Assembly (NCBI GenBank): GCA_049297675.1
Contig: JBAQUS010000015.1
Location: 65,414-129,413 of the forward strand
Source of the DNA: Minisyncoccia bacterium
Lineage (GTDB): Bacteria; Patescibacteriota; Minisyncoccia; Phycocordibacterales; DATDWN01
Direction: 5' to 3'
Length of the DNA: 64,000 nt
Below are positions 10,619 through 20,117 of this stretch, piece after piece (positions within the stretch are counted from its first letter, which is position 1; every line of letters begins with the position of its first letter). Below the pieces are notes generated by a model. The model worked only from the letters and a program-made list of their open reading frames with translations, had not been told where the DNA came from and did no database searches. The position numbers were made by a program, and so were the translations under genes.

Positions 10619-11758
10619 TTATATCTCATGCTCCAATGCAATAGCTATGATTTCTTGTGCTATCAGTCTTGCCGCATCGACTCTAGCAAAAGATAATGCA
10701 GACTGAATCATATTTGAGAGTTCTTGTTTATTACTCAAAATTCCATTTATTTCTGAAACCAATATGCCTTCAGTCAAATTCTTTTCCTCTATTACCTCTG
10801 CTGCGCCAGATCTTGCATAAGAATAAGCGTTTGATCTTTGATCATGTGATGTTTCCTCAGGAATTGGAATAATGATAGATGGTTTTCCCCAACACGCTAT
10901 TTCGAAAATGGCTGAGCCGGCTCTAGAAATTATAAGGTCAGCCGCCCCAGCCGCAGCTCTTAGTTTTAGATTATCCAAGTAATCATAAGCTCTGTATCTA
11001 TCAATATTTTTATTTTCATTTAATACTACTTTTTTTGTTTCTTCTACAACTGCGTAGTTCTTTTTACCAGTTTGGTGAATTATTTGATATTTCTCTACTA
11101 ATAGTGGCAAGGCATTCAAAATAACCTCATTAATAAATTTAGATCCTTGTGAGCCACCAAGAATCAGTATTGTCGGTATATTCGGATCTAACTTAAGGAT
11201 TTCATGTCCTCCAATTTTCATAACCTCTTGAATTTCCTTTCTGATAGGGTTGCCTGTGTATGCAGTTTTGTCTTGAGGAAAATAGCTCGCTACCTCTGGA
11301 TACGATATAGCAATTTTTCTCGCGAACTTTCCTGCCCAAGCATTTACCCTACCTGGTTTACTATCCGATTCATGAATAAACACTGGAATTCCGAGAAGTC
11401 TTGCGGCAAAAAGAGCAGGAAAACTTGTATAACCACCCTTGCCAAACACCACGTCTGGATAGAGCATATACATTTTTACTATAGCTGATAAAGTTCCTAG
11501 ACCGATTTTCCATAAATCAAAAAAATTTAAAAAGAAATTTAGTGGTGAGGATTTTCTCCTAATTTTTCCTGAAGTCACTTTCTGAAAAGTTATAGAGTTC
11601 TCAAAGAGTAGCCCCTCGTTATATGGATCAGTTGACATAAAATACAAAGTCGGGGTAAGAAGTCTGTTCTCTTTTGACACCAGTATTACTTCTTGTGCTA
11701 TTGCTACTATCGGATAGAAATGCCCACCAGTACCACCACCTGTGAATAAAATTTTCAT
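10619..11758 (-). CDS. murG: Undecaprenyldiphospho-muramoylpentapeptide beta-N-acetylglucosaminyltransferase MurG
   Basis: MKILFTGGGTGGHFYPIVAIA is the G-loop. GT28 N- and C-terminal domains are present, in a cluster with ftsW and mraY. Confidence 0.9.
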   Translation of the reverse strand: MKILFTGGGTGGHFYPIVAIAQEVILVSKENRLLTPTLYFMSTDPYNEGLLFENSITFQKVTSGKIRRKSSPLNFFLNFFDLWKIGLGTLSAIVKMYMLYPDVVFGKGGYTSFPALFAARLLGIPVFIHESDSKPGRVNAWAGKFARKIAISYPEVASYFPQDKTAYTGNPIRKEIQEVMKIGGHEILKLDPNIPTILILGGSQGSKFINEVILNALPLLVEKYQIIHQTGKKNYAVVEETKKVVLNENKNIDRYRAYDYLDNLKLRAAAGAADLIISRAGSAIFEIACWGKPSIIIPIPEETSHDQRSNAYSYARSGAAEVIEEKNLTEGILVSEINGILSNKQELSNMIQSALSFARVDAARLIAQEIIAIALEHEI

Positions 11759-12861
11759 TGATTTGTGTTTTTTCTGTTTTTAGAAATATTTAATATTATT
11801 CCGACCTCTGCCAAAGTCATAAATAAGGCAGTCCCTCCATGACTTATAAATGGCAAGGTAATACCGGAGAGTGGCAAAATACCAACCATTGCACCCATAT
11901 TGACGAAAGCCTGCGACACTATAAGTATAACAATTCCCACTAACAGCAGTCTACCAAAAGTATCCTGGACTTGACCAGCAATTTTTAATCCCCTAACCGC
12001 AAAGAAGAGAAAAAGGAGAATCATCATGACGGTTCCAACAAATCCAAATTCCTCTCCAGCAACTGCAAAAATCGAGTCTCCTATAGGTTCTGGTAGTACA
12101 TTAAATTTCTGAATACTTTGACCGAATCCCCTACCAAGTACACCTCCACTACCTATTGCAATAAGAGATTGTTGAATTTGGTATCCACTTCCAAGCGAAT
12201 TACTTTCCGGATTAATAAATGTATTTATTCTGTTCATAACGTAGGGCCTAGTAAATGCTAGAACTGCGAGGCTAAATATGCCAATGATGCAAAGTAAAAA
12301 GATGTGCGTCCATCTTCCCCCAGCTGTTAGAAAAATAGCTAATCCAGAAAAAATAATAATCATAAGAGTGTCTGTATCTGGTTGAGCCAAAAGTATCAAT
12401 GCGGACAAAAAAACCGCAAAAATAAAAGGTAGTAGCCCATGGTTTATTGTGGTTACTTGATCTTTTACCTTAGCCATCCATGCTGACAAAAATAGAATGT
12501 ATCCAATTTTTAAAAACTCTGACGGTTGAAAGGAGAGACTAGCTATCTTAATCCATCTAGTAGCTCCACCATGCGAAAACCCAAGTCCTGGTACAAAAAC
12601 AAGCATAGTAAGTACTAATGTTAAAAGAAAAATAATAAGCGCGTACTTCCTGTAAATCTTATAGTTAGTAATTGAAGTTAAAATACAAGCCAAAGATCCT
12701 AAAAATAGTCCGAAAAATGTCTGGTTGAAGGCCACATTTGAATATTTGACAGCTTGCTTGGACAATAGTCCTAATGATGCTGAGGAAAATATTAGAAAAC
12801 CAGCAACAACTAAGATTACTGTTGACACAAAAAATGGAATGTCAATTTTAATTTTTTTCAC
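11755..12861 (-). CDS. ftsW: SEDS-family peptidoglycan glycosyltransferase FtsW/RodA
   Basis: A 10-TM SEDS architecture, located between mraY and murG, with 4-nt overlap with murG. Confidence 0.85.
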   Translation of the reverse strand: MKKIKIDIPFFVSTVILVVAGFLIFSSASLGLLSKQAVKYSNVAFNQTFFGLFLGSLACILTSITNYKIYRKYALIIFLLTLVLTMLVFVPGLGFSHGGATRWIKIASLSFQPSEFLKIGYILFLSAWMAKVKDQVTTINHGLLPFIFAVFLSALILLAQPDTDTLMIIIFSGLAIFLTAGGRWTHIFLLCIIGIFSLAVLAFTRPYVMNRINTFINPESNSLGSGYQIQQSLIAIGSGGVLGRGFGQSIQKFNVLPEPIGDSIFAVAGEEFGFVGTVMMILLFLFFAVRGLKIAGQVQDTFGRLLLVGIVILIVSQAFVNMGAMVGILPLSGITLPFISHGGTALFMTLAEVGIILNISKNRKNTNQ

Positions 12862-12936
12862 ATGTCTAATATAACATTATTTTACACATATTCTCAATTC
12901 TAAAATCAAATGTTATATTTAGGTGGGAGGTTAATC

Positions 12937-13116
12937 ATGTTCTTCTTGACTTGGTTGTTTGGTAAGTCACAAGTTGTTGCTCGTGTGTTTATCCGAACAT
13001 ACGAAAAGGAAGAGAAGATCGAGGTGCCTTCTGACACATTTGGTCTCAGGGACATACTTGAGGCTGAGCTAAGGAGAATGAAAGAAACCTGCAGGAGAGA
13101 AGAACAGAGTAAATGA
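12937..13116 (+). CDS. Hypothetical small protein (59 aa) encoded antisense within the mraY-ftsW intergenic gap
   Basis: A strong SD (GGTGGGAGG) sits 6 nt before the ATG (MFFLTWLFGKS...). The stop is followed by an 8-bp GC hairpin (gggtggtt/aaccaccc). No family recognised. Confidence 0.3.
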   Translation: MFFLTWLFGKSQVVARVFIRTYEKEEKIEVPSDTFGLRDILEAELRRMKETCRREEQSK

Positions 13117-13157
13117 ATGGGTGGTTTGGCAAGTCCAACCACCCATTGCCGTCTAAA

Positions 13158-14216
13158 TCAACTCACTAGTGCAACAATTACTCCAGAGATTGCACAAACT
13201 ACACTAATAAGCCAATACCTCATAACAATTTTTTCTCTACTCCAACCAATAGCTTCAAAGTGATGATGAAGTGGAGCAACTCTAAAAACCCTTCTCTTTC
13301 CAAAATATTTGTAAGAAATTATTTGTATAACCACCGAAAGTGAAGTTACAACCAAAGGTAGTCCTATTATTAGTAACACTAATACCGAGTTTGTCAGAAA
13401 GACAATTATAGATAACGTTACCGTAAGTCCTAGCATTCCCGTCTCACCCATGTAAAACCGGGCCGGTGGTATATTAAACCAGAGGAATGCCAGTATACCT
13501 CCACCTATCACAGCACAAAGCACAGCAATATCTATCTGCCCGTTTACAAATGCAATTACTGAGTATGCTGTAAAAATACTTGTTAACACCCCGCCAGAAA
13601 GTCCGTCCATTCCATCTATAACACTCGCCGAGAAAACTCCTAGCATGACCAATATAAAAAAGGGAATAAAAAAATATCCCAAATCGAGTTCTCCATTAAA
13701 AGGAATGTGAATTTCTGAGACCCCTAGTTTGTCATAAAACCAATAACCAACAACAATACCGATAAGACCGATACAGCCAACTTTTATTTTTCTATAAATC
13801 AGTGGGTCTTTAGCGTATTCTCCCTTACCAAATATCTGAAGTAAGTCATCAAGAAGCCCAATAACAGCCCCGAGTATAAGCCCGGCTAAAGGCACTAATG
13901 TTTGACCTCTGCTAAAAAAATTAAGTTTAATTGTTAGATCATTCGGTATAAATACAGAAAGGAGGTAAATCAAAAGAACAGTTAGTATAACCGCGACCCA
14001 TATTATCATTCCGCCAATACGTGGAGTAGACAATTCTGCTTCAGTATTATGATTTTTAGAAAAATCATTATTTGTTATATCCCCAGCATTTACCCTTGGA
14101 GATTTCTTCCACATTTTGTGTTTATAGAAAAAATCAGTGAAGAAGGGTGCTATAGCGATACCCAAAACGAAAGTTAAAACTGATGGCACAACCACTTTTA
14201 GTACATCGATTATCAT
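13158..14216 (-). CDS. mraY: Phospho-N-acetylmuramoyl-pentapeptide transferase MraY
   Basis: A polytopic GT4-like fold with the DGMDGLSGG Asp-rich motif and PLHHHFEAIGW (the MraY HHH motif). Confidence 0.8.
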   Translation of the reverse strand: MIIDVLKVVVPSVLTFVLGIAIAPFFTDFFYKHKMWKKSPRVNAGDITNNDFSKNHNTEAELSTPRIGGMIIWVAVILTVLLIYLLSVFIPNDLTIKLNFFSRGQTLVPLAGLILGAVIGLLDDLLQIFGKGEYAKDPLIYRKIKVGCIGLIGIVVGYWFYDKLGVSEIHIPFNGELDLGYFFIPFFILVMLGVFSASVIDGMDGLSGGVLTSIFTAYSVIAFVNGQIDIAVLCAVIGGGILAFLWFNIPPARFYMGETGMLGLTVTLSIIVFLTNSVLVLLIIGLPLVVTSLSVVIQIISYKYFGKRRVFRVAPLHHHFEAIGWSREKIVMRYWLISVVCAISGVIVALVS

Positions 14217-16090
14217 TTTTGAGACAGTACACCTTTATTTTTTATAAAAATATTATACCACAGAGAAAGCAAAAGTAGTGTGTATATTTTTCTTGAATTA
14301 TCAGTGTTTCTTGAAACATGATCATTTATTATTTCCTCTATCACAACTGTATTCATTTTTTGGTTGATGTATTCATTTTTAAGTATTATCTTGTATAATT
14401 CTTCTCTATCTCTAGTAAACCAATCTCTAACAGGTGTAGGAAAACCTAATTTTTTTCTGTTTCTCGTCTCTTCAGGAATTATTCTCTTAAATGCTTCACG
14501 AAAAAGATATTTAGTTTTACCCTCTCTCCACTTAAATGAATCGGGTAAAATAGATGCGAGAGTGGCCACTTCAATGTCCAAAAATGGCACTCGAAGTTCT
14601 AATGAATGTGCCATGGTCATTTTGTCAGCCTTGGCTAAAATATCTCCAATAAGCCATGTGTTTATGTCAATATATTGCATTTGAGTTGACTCAGAAAGAC
14701 CCGTTGTTCTTTTAAAAAGCGGGTTGAGTGAAATAGTCTTTTGCGATACTCGTTTCCAAAGTGCTTGAAGGTCAACTTGTTTAAATATTGAGGCATTGCC
14801 TATGTACCAGTTTTGAAGCCCAACATTCAATCTTCTTAAATAGTTTGTACCCCAAAAATCAAACTTGAGAGAATCAAAAAAACTAACTATTAGCCCAATA
14901 ATTGGTTTAGGTATCCAAGCGAGTCTATTTCTTGCAAAAGGTTCAAGATAAATATTATACCCGCCGAAAAGTTCATCGGAGCCTTCTCCTGAGAGGACAA
15001 CTTTTACGTTTTTTTTAGCCTCTTTTGCTAAAAAATACAAACCAACTGCCGATGGGTCAGCAACTGGCTCATCAAAATGATAGACTACCTTTTCCAGTGA
15101 ATCAAAATATTCCTCTGGACTAACAGTAATCTCAGTGTGGTCAGTTTTCAAAAAATCAGATGTCTGTGTGGCTTCGTTTGCTTCCGTCAGACTTTTAAAA
15201 CCAACTGTAAATGTCTTTACTATGCCGTTTGAAGCATCAGGGTCTGTCTGTCTAATCTCTTGCATGAGCGTAGCAATAACGCTACTATCTATTCCGCCAG
15301 AAAGAAAAGACCCGACAGGCACGTCTGCAATCATATGATGTTTTACAGAATCTCTCATGGTATTAAGAATTTGCTCCGCAGTTCTCTTCTCAGGTAGATT
15401 TTTGTCCTGCCTGAATTCATACGACCAATATTTTTTTAACATAACCTCTCCCTTTTCAGTATCAATTATCATAAAGTGTCCGGGCGGTAGTTTGTAGACA
15501 TTTTTGAAAAAAGTCTCCGGAAGCGGATTGTATTGAAAAGATAGGTAATTGAATACAGCATTGTCATTTACCTCAGCTTTAAAGTCCGGAATAGAAAAAA
15601 AACTTTTTATCTCAGAAGAAAAGGCAATAATTTTCTCGTTTTGGGTTAAGTAATAAAGAGGTTTGATACCAAAAAAATCTCTGGCAATAAAAATTTCATG
15701 TGTCTCTGTATTGTAGATAGTAAAAACAAACATACCACGAAGCAGATTGAGCATCTTCTCGCCATATTCCTCGTACATGTGGAGTATGACTTCTGTGTCT
15801 GTATCAGTCTTAAACTCGTACTTCTTACTTAATAGTTCTTCTTTCAACTCCTTGTAGTTATATATTTCTCCATTAAAAAATATAAGTAATTTTTCATCCT
15901 TTGATGTTATTGGTTGCTTTCCTCTCGAAAGATCAATGATTGAAAGTCTTCTCATGCCAAGCCCCACATATTTGTCCACAAAATAACCTTCGTCATCTGG
16001 GCCTCTATGAAAAATAGCCTTAGTCATCTGGCCGATAACTTTCTCTTTATTTCCAATATTTTCTCCTATTATTCCTGTTACCCCACACAT
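14213..16090 (-). CDS. asnB: Asparagine synthetase-type glutamine amidotransferase (AsnB family), embedded in the peptidoglycan gene cluster
   Basis: N-terminal MCGVTGIIG has the Cys2 nucleophile. SGGIDSS is the PP-loop. Length 625 aa. Confidence 0.85.
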   Translation of the reverse strand: MCGVTGIIGENIGNKEKVIGQMTKAIFHRGPDDEGYFVDKYVGLGMRRLSIIDLSRGKQPITSKDEKLLIFFNGEIYNYKELKEELLSKKYEFKTDTDTEVILHMYEEYGEKMLNLLRGMFVFTIYNTETHEIFIARDFFGIKPLYYLTQNEKIIAFSSEIKSFFSIPDFKAEVNDNAVFNYLSFQYNPLPETFFKNVYKLPPGHFMIIDTEKGEVMLKKYWSYEFRQDKNLPEKRTAEQILNTMRDSVKHHMIADVPVGSFLSGGIDSSVIATLMQEIRQTDPDASNGIVKTFTVGFKSLTEANEATQTSDFLKTDHTEITVSPEEYFDSLEKVVYHFDEPVADPSAVGLYFLAKEAKKNVKVVLSGEGSDELFGGYNIYLEPFARNRLAWIPKPIIGLIVSFFDSLKFDFWGTNYLRRLNVGLQNWYIGNASIFKQVDLQALWKRVSQKTISLNPLFKRTTGLSESTQMQYIDINTWLIGDILAKADKMTMAHSLELRVPFLDIEVATLASILPDSFKWREGKTKYLFREAFKRIIPEETRNRKKLGFPTPVRDWFTRDREELYKIILKNEYINQKMNTVVIEEIINDHVSRNTDNSRKIYTLLLLSLWYNIFIKNKGVLSQK

Positions 16091-16104
16091 ACAGAGAGTC
16101 TACC

Positions 16105-17046
16105 CTATTCTTTTATATAATCCAAACTGGCAGAAACCATGCTCTTTACATCACTGAACCTGCCTTCTATTGTAGACCCCATAGCCACTACAATAATAGG
16201 TCTTCCAATTGAGGCATCAAAAGCTACCACTAAATTCCCTCCGGCTTGGGATGTATATCCTGTTTTAGAACCAATGAGACCAGGTATCTTGTCAATTTCC
16301 GTGTTCGTGTTATTTACACTATGTGATTTGCTTTGTGACTCCACAGTCAGTTTTTTATATGTTGTTGCCTCCAAAATATCTGGCTTATTAGCTATCATGT
16401 ATTGCATCAGTTTTGCTACATCTTTTGCCGAACCATAACCACCACTAAAGTTCTCAATATCCAGACCGTTTTCATTTATATAATATGTATTAGTTAGGCC
16501 TATTTCACTGGCTTTTTTATTCATCATGGATATAAACTCTTTTCTGCCGAGATTGTAATCCTGCGTTTGCAGAAGACTTGCCCCTATAACAGAAGCTATT
16601 GATCTTGCACCATCGTTTGATGAAACAACCAGAGAAAGGTCGAGAAGATTTTCCAAAATCCATGATTCGTTGGCAAGTAATCCGCTATCCCCATCTTCAC
16701 TTAGGAATTCCTTTTTTATAGTAATCTTGGCGTTTTTGGGGAAGTGTTCAACAGCAGTTACTGCCATCATTAGTTTTGTAAGTGATGCCAGCGGATATTG
16801 CTTATCAGAATTTTTTTCAAACAATACTTTTCCAGAATTAACATCATAAACATAAGCTGACTCTGCTTCAAGTGATAGATTATCAAAAAATGCACTAGAA
16901 CTAACCTCCATTCTCTCCTTGGCTATGGGATCTGATTTTGGCGAATTAATTCTTGTATATATTATTGTAAGAATAAAAACAATAAGAACCAGTACGATTC
17001 CGTCAAAAATTAATAATTTTTTTGATATCCTCTCTTCGTTAATCAT
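16105..17046 (-). CDS. D-alanyl-D-alanine carboxypeptidase (S11, PBP5/DacA-like, low-molecular-weight PBP)
   Basis: ASLTKLM (SxxK), SND (SxN) and KTG motifs occur in the correct order; an N-terminal TM/signal is present. Confidence 0.8.
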   Translation of the reverse strand: MINEERISKKLLIFDGIVLVLIVFILTIIYTRINSPKSDPIAKERMEVSSSAFFDNLSLEAESAYVYDVNSGKVLFEKNSDKQYPLASLTKLMMAVTAVEHFPKNAKITIKKEFLSEDGDSGLLANESWILENLLDLSLVVSSNDGARSIASVIGASLLQTQDYNLGRKEFISMMNKKASEIGLTNTYYINENGLDIENFSGGYGSAKDVAKLMQYMIANKPDILEATTYKKLTVESQSKSHSVNNTNTEIDKIPGLIGSKTGYTSQAGGNLVVAFDASIGRPIIVVAMGSTIEGRFSDVKSMVSASLDYIKE

Positions 17047-17047
17047 T

Positions 17048-17641
17048 TTACTCTGTTTCGGTTTCTTCCTTTTCTGACTCTAAATTTGACTCAAGCTTCA
17101 TTATTGTCTCTCCATATTCCGGAAGATCAGATATCTTATTTAATCCTAAAAACCTAATTGTATCAAGTGTGACTGAATATTGAACCTGTCTCTCATCCTC
17201 CTTGCTAGCCTTTCTTTCCACAAGCCCCCTTAAAAGTAGATTGCGAAGGGCGTATTGCGAGTTCACCCCTCTTATATATTCAATCTCCTTTTTAGTAACT
17301 GGTCCTTTGTAGGCAATTATGGAAAGTGTCTCAATTCCAGCACGACCTAAGTCTCTTTCTCTTTCCTCCTTAATCATTTTCTCAATGAGTTTTGAGTACT
17401 CTGGTGCTGTGAAAAGTGAATACTCTTCATCTTGCTCGAGTAGTCTGACTCCCCTACTCTCTAGGCTCGCCCTCAGCTTATCTAATGCATCAAGTATCTC
17501 CTCTCTTTTCATTTCGAGAATTTTCACTAAAAAAGAAAGTTCCACCGGCTCTCCAGAGTAAAAAAGTATGGCTTCGATTTTACTTGCCAATCCAGCATTT
17601 TCCATCTGCTCATTATACAAAAAATTTTGTTTAATCACCAT
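17048..17641 (-). CDS. scpB: Segregation and condensation protein B (ScpB)
   Basis: IEAILFYSGEPV N-terminus and tandem winged-helix organisation, adjacent to scpA. Confidence 0.8.
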   Translation of the reverse strand: MVIKQNFLYNEQMENAGLASKIEAILFYSGEPVELSFLVKILEMKREEILDALDKLRASLESRGVRLLEQDEEYSLFTAPEYSKLIEKMIKEERERDLGRAGIETLSIIAYKGPVTKKEIEYIRGVNSQYALRNLLLRGLVERKASKEDERQVQYSVTLDTIRFLGLNKISDLPEYGETIMKLESNLESEKEETETE

Positions 17642-17657
17642 TTGAAGTTAGCTTTTT

Positions 17658-17944
17658 TAAATTTTGTCGAACCAACTCTTTTGGAAGACTCCGCATCAGC
17701 ATAACTTTCGAGTCATAGTGTTTCAGAGACTGCGGAGGCAATTAGCAATTAACGACTGAGATTGAGTAAGTCCGAAGCGTTGTTTGAGCACTTGTAAGGG
17801 AGTGAAACGACACTTATCAAGGCGAGTTCGCGAGAGGACACGAATCGAAGGAGATTAATTGCTTGATTGCCGAGCGAGAGCAAATCGCTACCAAGCGATT
17901 ATGCGTGCTCTGAAATACTATAGTGAGAAAAAATTCTAAAAATC
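17658..17944. repeat. GC-enriched non-coding element 'A' filling the scpB-scpA gap; homologous to element 'B' at 44208..44383; contains long-range complementary segments (possible structured RNA or MITE-like repeat)
   Basis: No ORF of 60 aa or more. 5' ...cttttggaagactccgcatcagc and 3' gtgagaaaaaattctaaaaatc align to B, with central blocks atcaagg(c/t)cgag and ggac(a/t)a(a/g)cgaa(t/c)gaag shared. ggcaattagcaatt pairs with aattgcttgattgcc within A. Confidence 0.35.
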
Positions 17945-17949
17945 TATAA

Positions 17950-18684
17950 CTAGTACTTTGGCACACCTACTGACTCCGTCTGGATCTCAATGTCGTGAAA
18001 ATCCCTGTCTTGCCTGACATTTATTACTCCCTGTTTTACAAGCTCAAGCATGGCAAGAAACGAGACAATGACATTCACCCGGTCAGCTTTCCCGTGTCCA
18101 CTGAATTCCTTAAAACTCATCTTCATGCTTTTCGTAATTCTCTCAGCTAAGTTTTCCATCATCTCTTCTAGGCTAATGACCTTTTGAACGATAGCTTTTG
18201 GAACTATCTCCTTTTTGGGTATTGAGGCAAGAATAGATTTTATCGTCTCAGCTATTCTTCCGACACTTGTATTTTTATCTGGAGTAAAGACTATCAGCCT
18301 TTCCTTTGGTGGCACTCTAAAATACTCTACATTAATTCCAAATCTCTCTTTCAAATGAATGGAGAGAGCTTTATATTTTTGGTACTGCCTTAGCCTATCC
18401 TCCAAATCATCAATACTTTCCTGCTCCTCTCCCGAAAGATCAAGTGTTGGTAGAAGTGACTTTGATTTAATCAAGACCAATGTCGAAGCTACGAGAATAA
18501 ACTGGGCTAAATCAGAAATCATCCCAGGCCTCTCCTCCAAATCCCTTATGTGAGCTATATAGTCATCAGCCACTTGAGCAAGTGAAATGTCATTTATAAA
18601 TAGTTTTCTTTTTTCTATGAGCGACAACAAAAGCTCTAAAGGTCCTTCAAAAATATGTGTTTTGACTTTGTATAATGACTCCAT
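17950..18684 (-). CDS. scpA: Segregation and condensation protein A (ScpA)
   Basis: 244 aa with ScpA-like N- and C-terminal helices, located beside scpB. Confidence 0.8.
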   Translation of the reverse strand: MESLYKVKTHIFEGPLELLLSLIEKRKLFINDISLAQVADDYIAHIRDLEERPGMISDLAQFILVASTLVLIKSKSLLPTLDLSGEEQESIDDLEDRLRQYQKYKALSIHLKERFGINVEYFRVPPKERLIVFTPDKNTSVGRIAETIKSILASIPKKEIVPKAIVQKVISLEEMMENLAERITKSMKMSFKEFSGHGKADRVNVIVSFLAMLELVKQGVINVRQDRDFHDIEIQTESVGVPKY

Positions 18685-18692
18685 CAGATAAT

Positions 18693-20039
18693 TTAATATC
18701 CCTCCTCGCTTAATCTCTCATCAATCCTGTTCATGTCTCTTGGAAACATTGTCGCTTCTCGAACATTTTTAAGACCCAAAAGTTGCATTGTCATTCTCTC
18801 TGCCCCAAAAGCAAAGCCACCTTCAGGTGGAACACCGTATTTGAAAGCCTCAAGAAACATTTTTATTTTGTTAGGCTCCATTCCCCATTCCTTCACATGC
18901 TCCATTAGTTGGTTATATTTATTTATTCTCCTTCCACCAGAGAGCCACTCAACACCTCGACAAATAAGATCCATTCCCTCGTTGAATTCAGGGTTCTCTG
19001 GACTAGGATAGACATAGAATGGTTTCTTCCTTGTTGGATATCCGTGTATAAAGACAAAGTCGGAACCAGTTTCTTCTTTTATAATTTCACAAATTTCTCT
19101 TTCATCCTGCGGATTTGTATCCTTCTCTCCACGGACATCTCTTCCATTCTTTTCAAAAATTTTCTGCTGAACTTCAATCAGAGACAGCGTCGGAGTTTTC
19201 TCTATCATTTTTGGGATTGTCGCCCCAAGAACTTTTAGATGCTCTGCATTTTTTTCTTCAACTTCCTTTAAAATAAATCTTACAGTTTCCTCCGCCATGT
19301 CTCTTACGTCCATCCATGAGTCAATAAAAGCCATCTCCGCATCCAAAGAAACTATTTCCGTCAAATGTCTGGTTGTCGAAGACGGCTCTGCACGAAATAC
19401 TTTGTTTACAGAAAAGGCTCTCTCGAAAGCCGACATAACTATCTGCTTATATAGTTGTGGAGATTGTGTTAGAAAAGCTTTTTTATCGAAATAGTCTACT
19501 TGAAAAACTTCAGCACCTCCTTCTGCTGTTGCTGGGGTTATAGATGGAGCTTGGAATTCAAAAAACATATTCTTTTTCATGAACTCTCTGAAAGAATCAA
19601 TTATTGTTTCTTGTACTTTAAATATTGCTTGATTTTTCGGGTGTCTTAGCACAAGTGATCTATTGTCCAGCTCAGTTGTCAGGTCTAAGTTATATCCTGT
19701 AAGCGACATATCGAAAGGCAATGGTTCTGCACTTGCCAATACCTCGATTTTTGTTATTTCCAGTTCAATATCACCATTCAACACTCCTTGTTTTATGTTT
19801 TTCTCTGGTCTTTTATTAACTATTCCAACCATTGAAAGTACCCACTCGGTACGAACTTCTTTTACTGACTCCAGTGCGTCTGAATGACTAGGCAGAACAA
19901 CACACTGCACCCTGCCGGTCATATCTCGCATGTCTATGAAAACCATCTTCCCTTGATCCCGTCTAACATCCACCCAACCCTTTATGTTGACTTCTTTACC
20001 AATATATTGCCCCAAGTCTTTTATATAAATTCTCGACAT
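18693..20039 (-). CDS. Class IIb aminoacyl-tRNA synthetase, AspRS (archaeal/non-discriminating type) or AsnRS
   Basis: N-terminal OB anticodon-binding domain; motif 2 FRAEPSSTTRHLTEI...LDAEMAF; motif 3 GGFAFGAERMTMQL; C-terminal FPRD (AspRS-like). 448 aa. Confidence 0.85.
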   Translation of the reverse strand: MSRIYIKDLGQYIGKEVNIKGWVDVRRDQGKMVFIDMRDMTGRVQCVVLPSHSDALESVKEVRTEWVLSMVGIVNKRPEKNIKQGVLNGDIELEITKIEVLASAEPLPFDMSLTGYNLDLTTELDNRSLVLRHPKNQAIFKVQETIIDSFREFMKKNMFFEFQAPSITPATAEGGAEVFQVDYFDKKAFLTQSPQLYKQIVMSAFERAFSVNKVFRAEPSSTTRHLTEIVSLDAEMAFIDSWMDVRDMAEETVRFILKEVEEKNAEHLKVLGATIPKMIEKTPTLSLIEVQQKIFEKNGRDVRGEKDTNPQDEREICEIIKEETGSDFVFIHGYPTRKKPFYVYPSPENPEFNEGMDLICRGVEWLSGGRRINKYNQLMEHVKEWGMEPNKIKMFLEAFKYGVPPEGGFAFGAERMTMQLLGLKNVREATMFPRDMNRIDERLSEEGY

Positions 20040-20117
20040 AATTTAAGATATTATCACAAAATGTAGATTTAGGCACTTGCTTTTTAAGGCTCTTTATACT
20101 TTCACACTTTTACTTCC

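Noticed and set aside
17658-17944. tmRNA, RNase P RNA or SRP RNA in the GC-rich scpB-scpA gap
   Set aside because: None of the universally conserved motifs were seen on either strand: the tmRNA tRNA-like 3' end and tag-peptide reading frame, the RNase P GGAAAGUCCGG / ACAGAAAGC P4 regions, or the SRP GGAA tetraloop domain. The region is better explained as a copy of the A/B repeat element.
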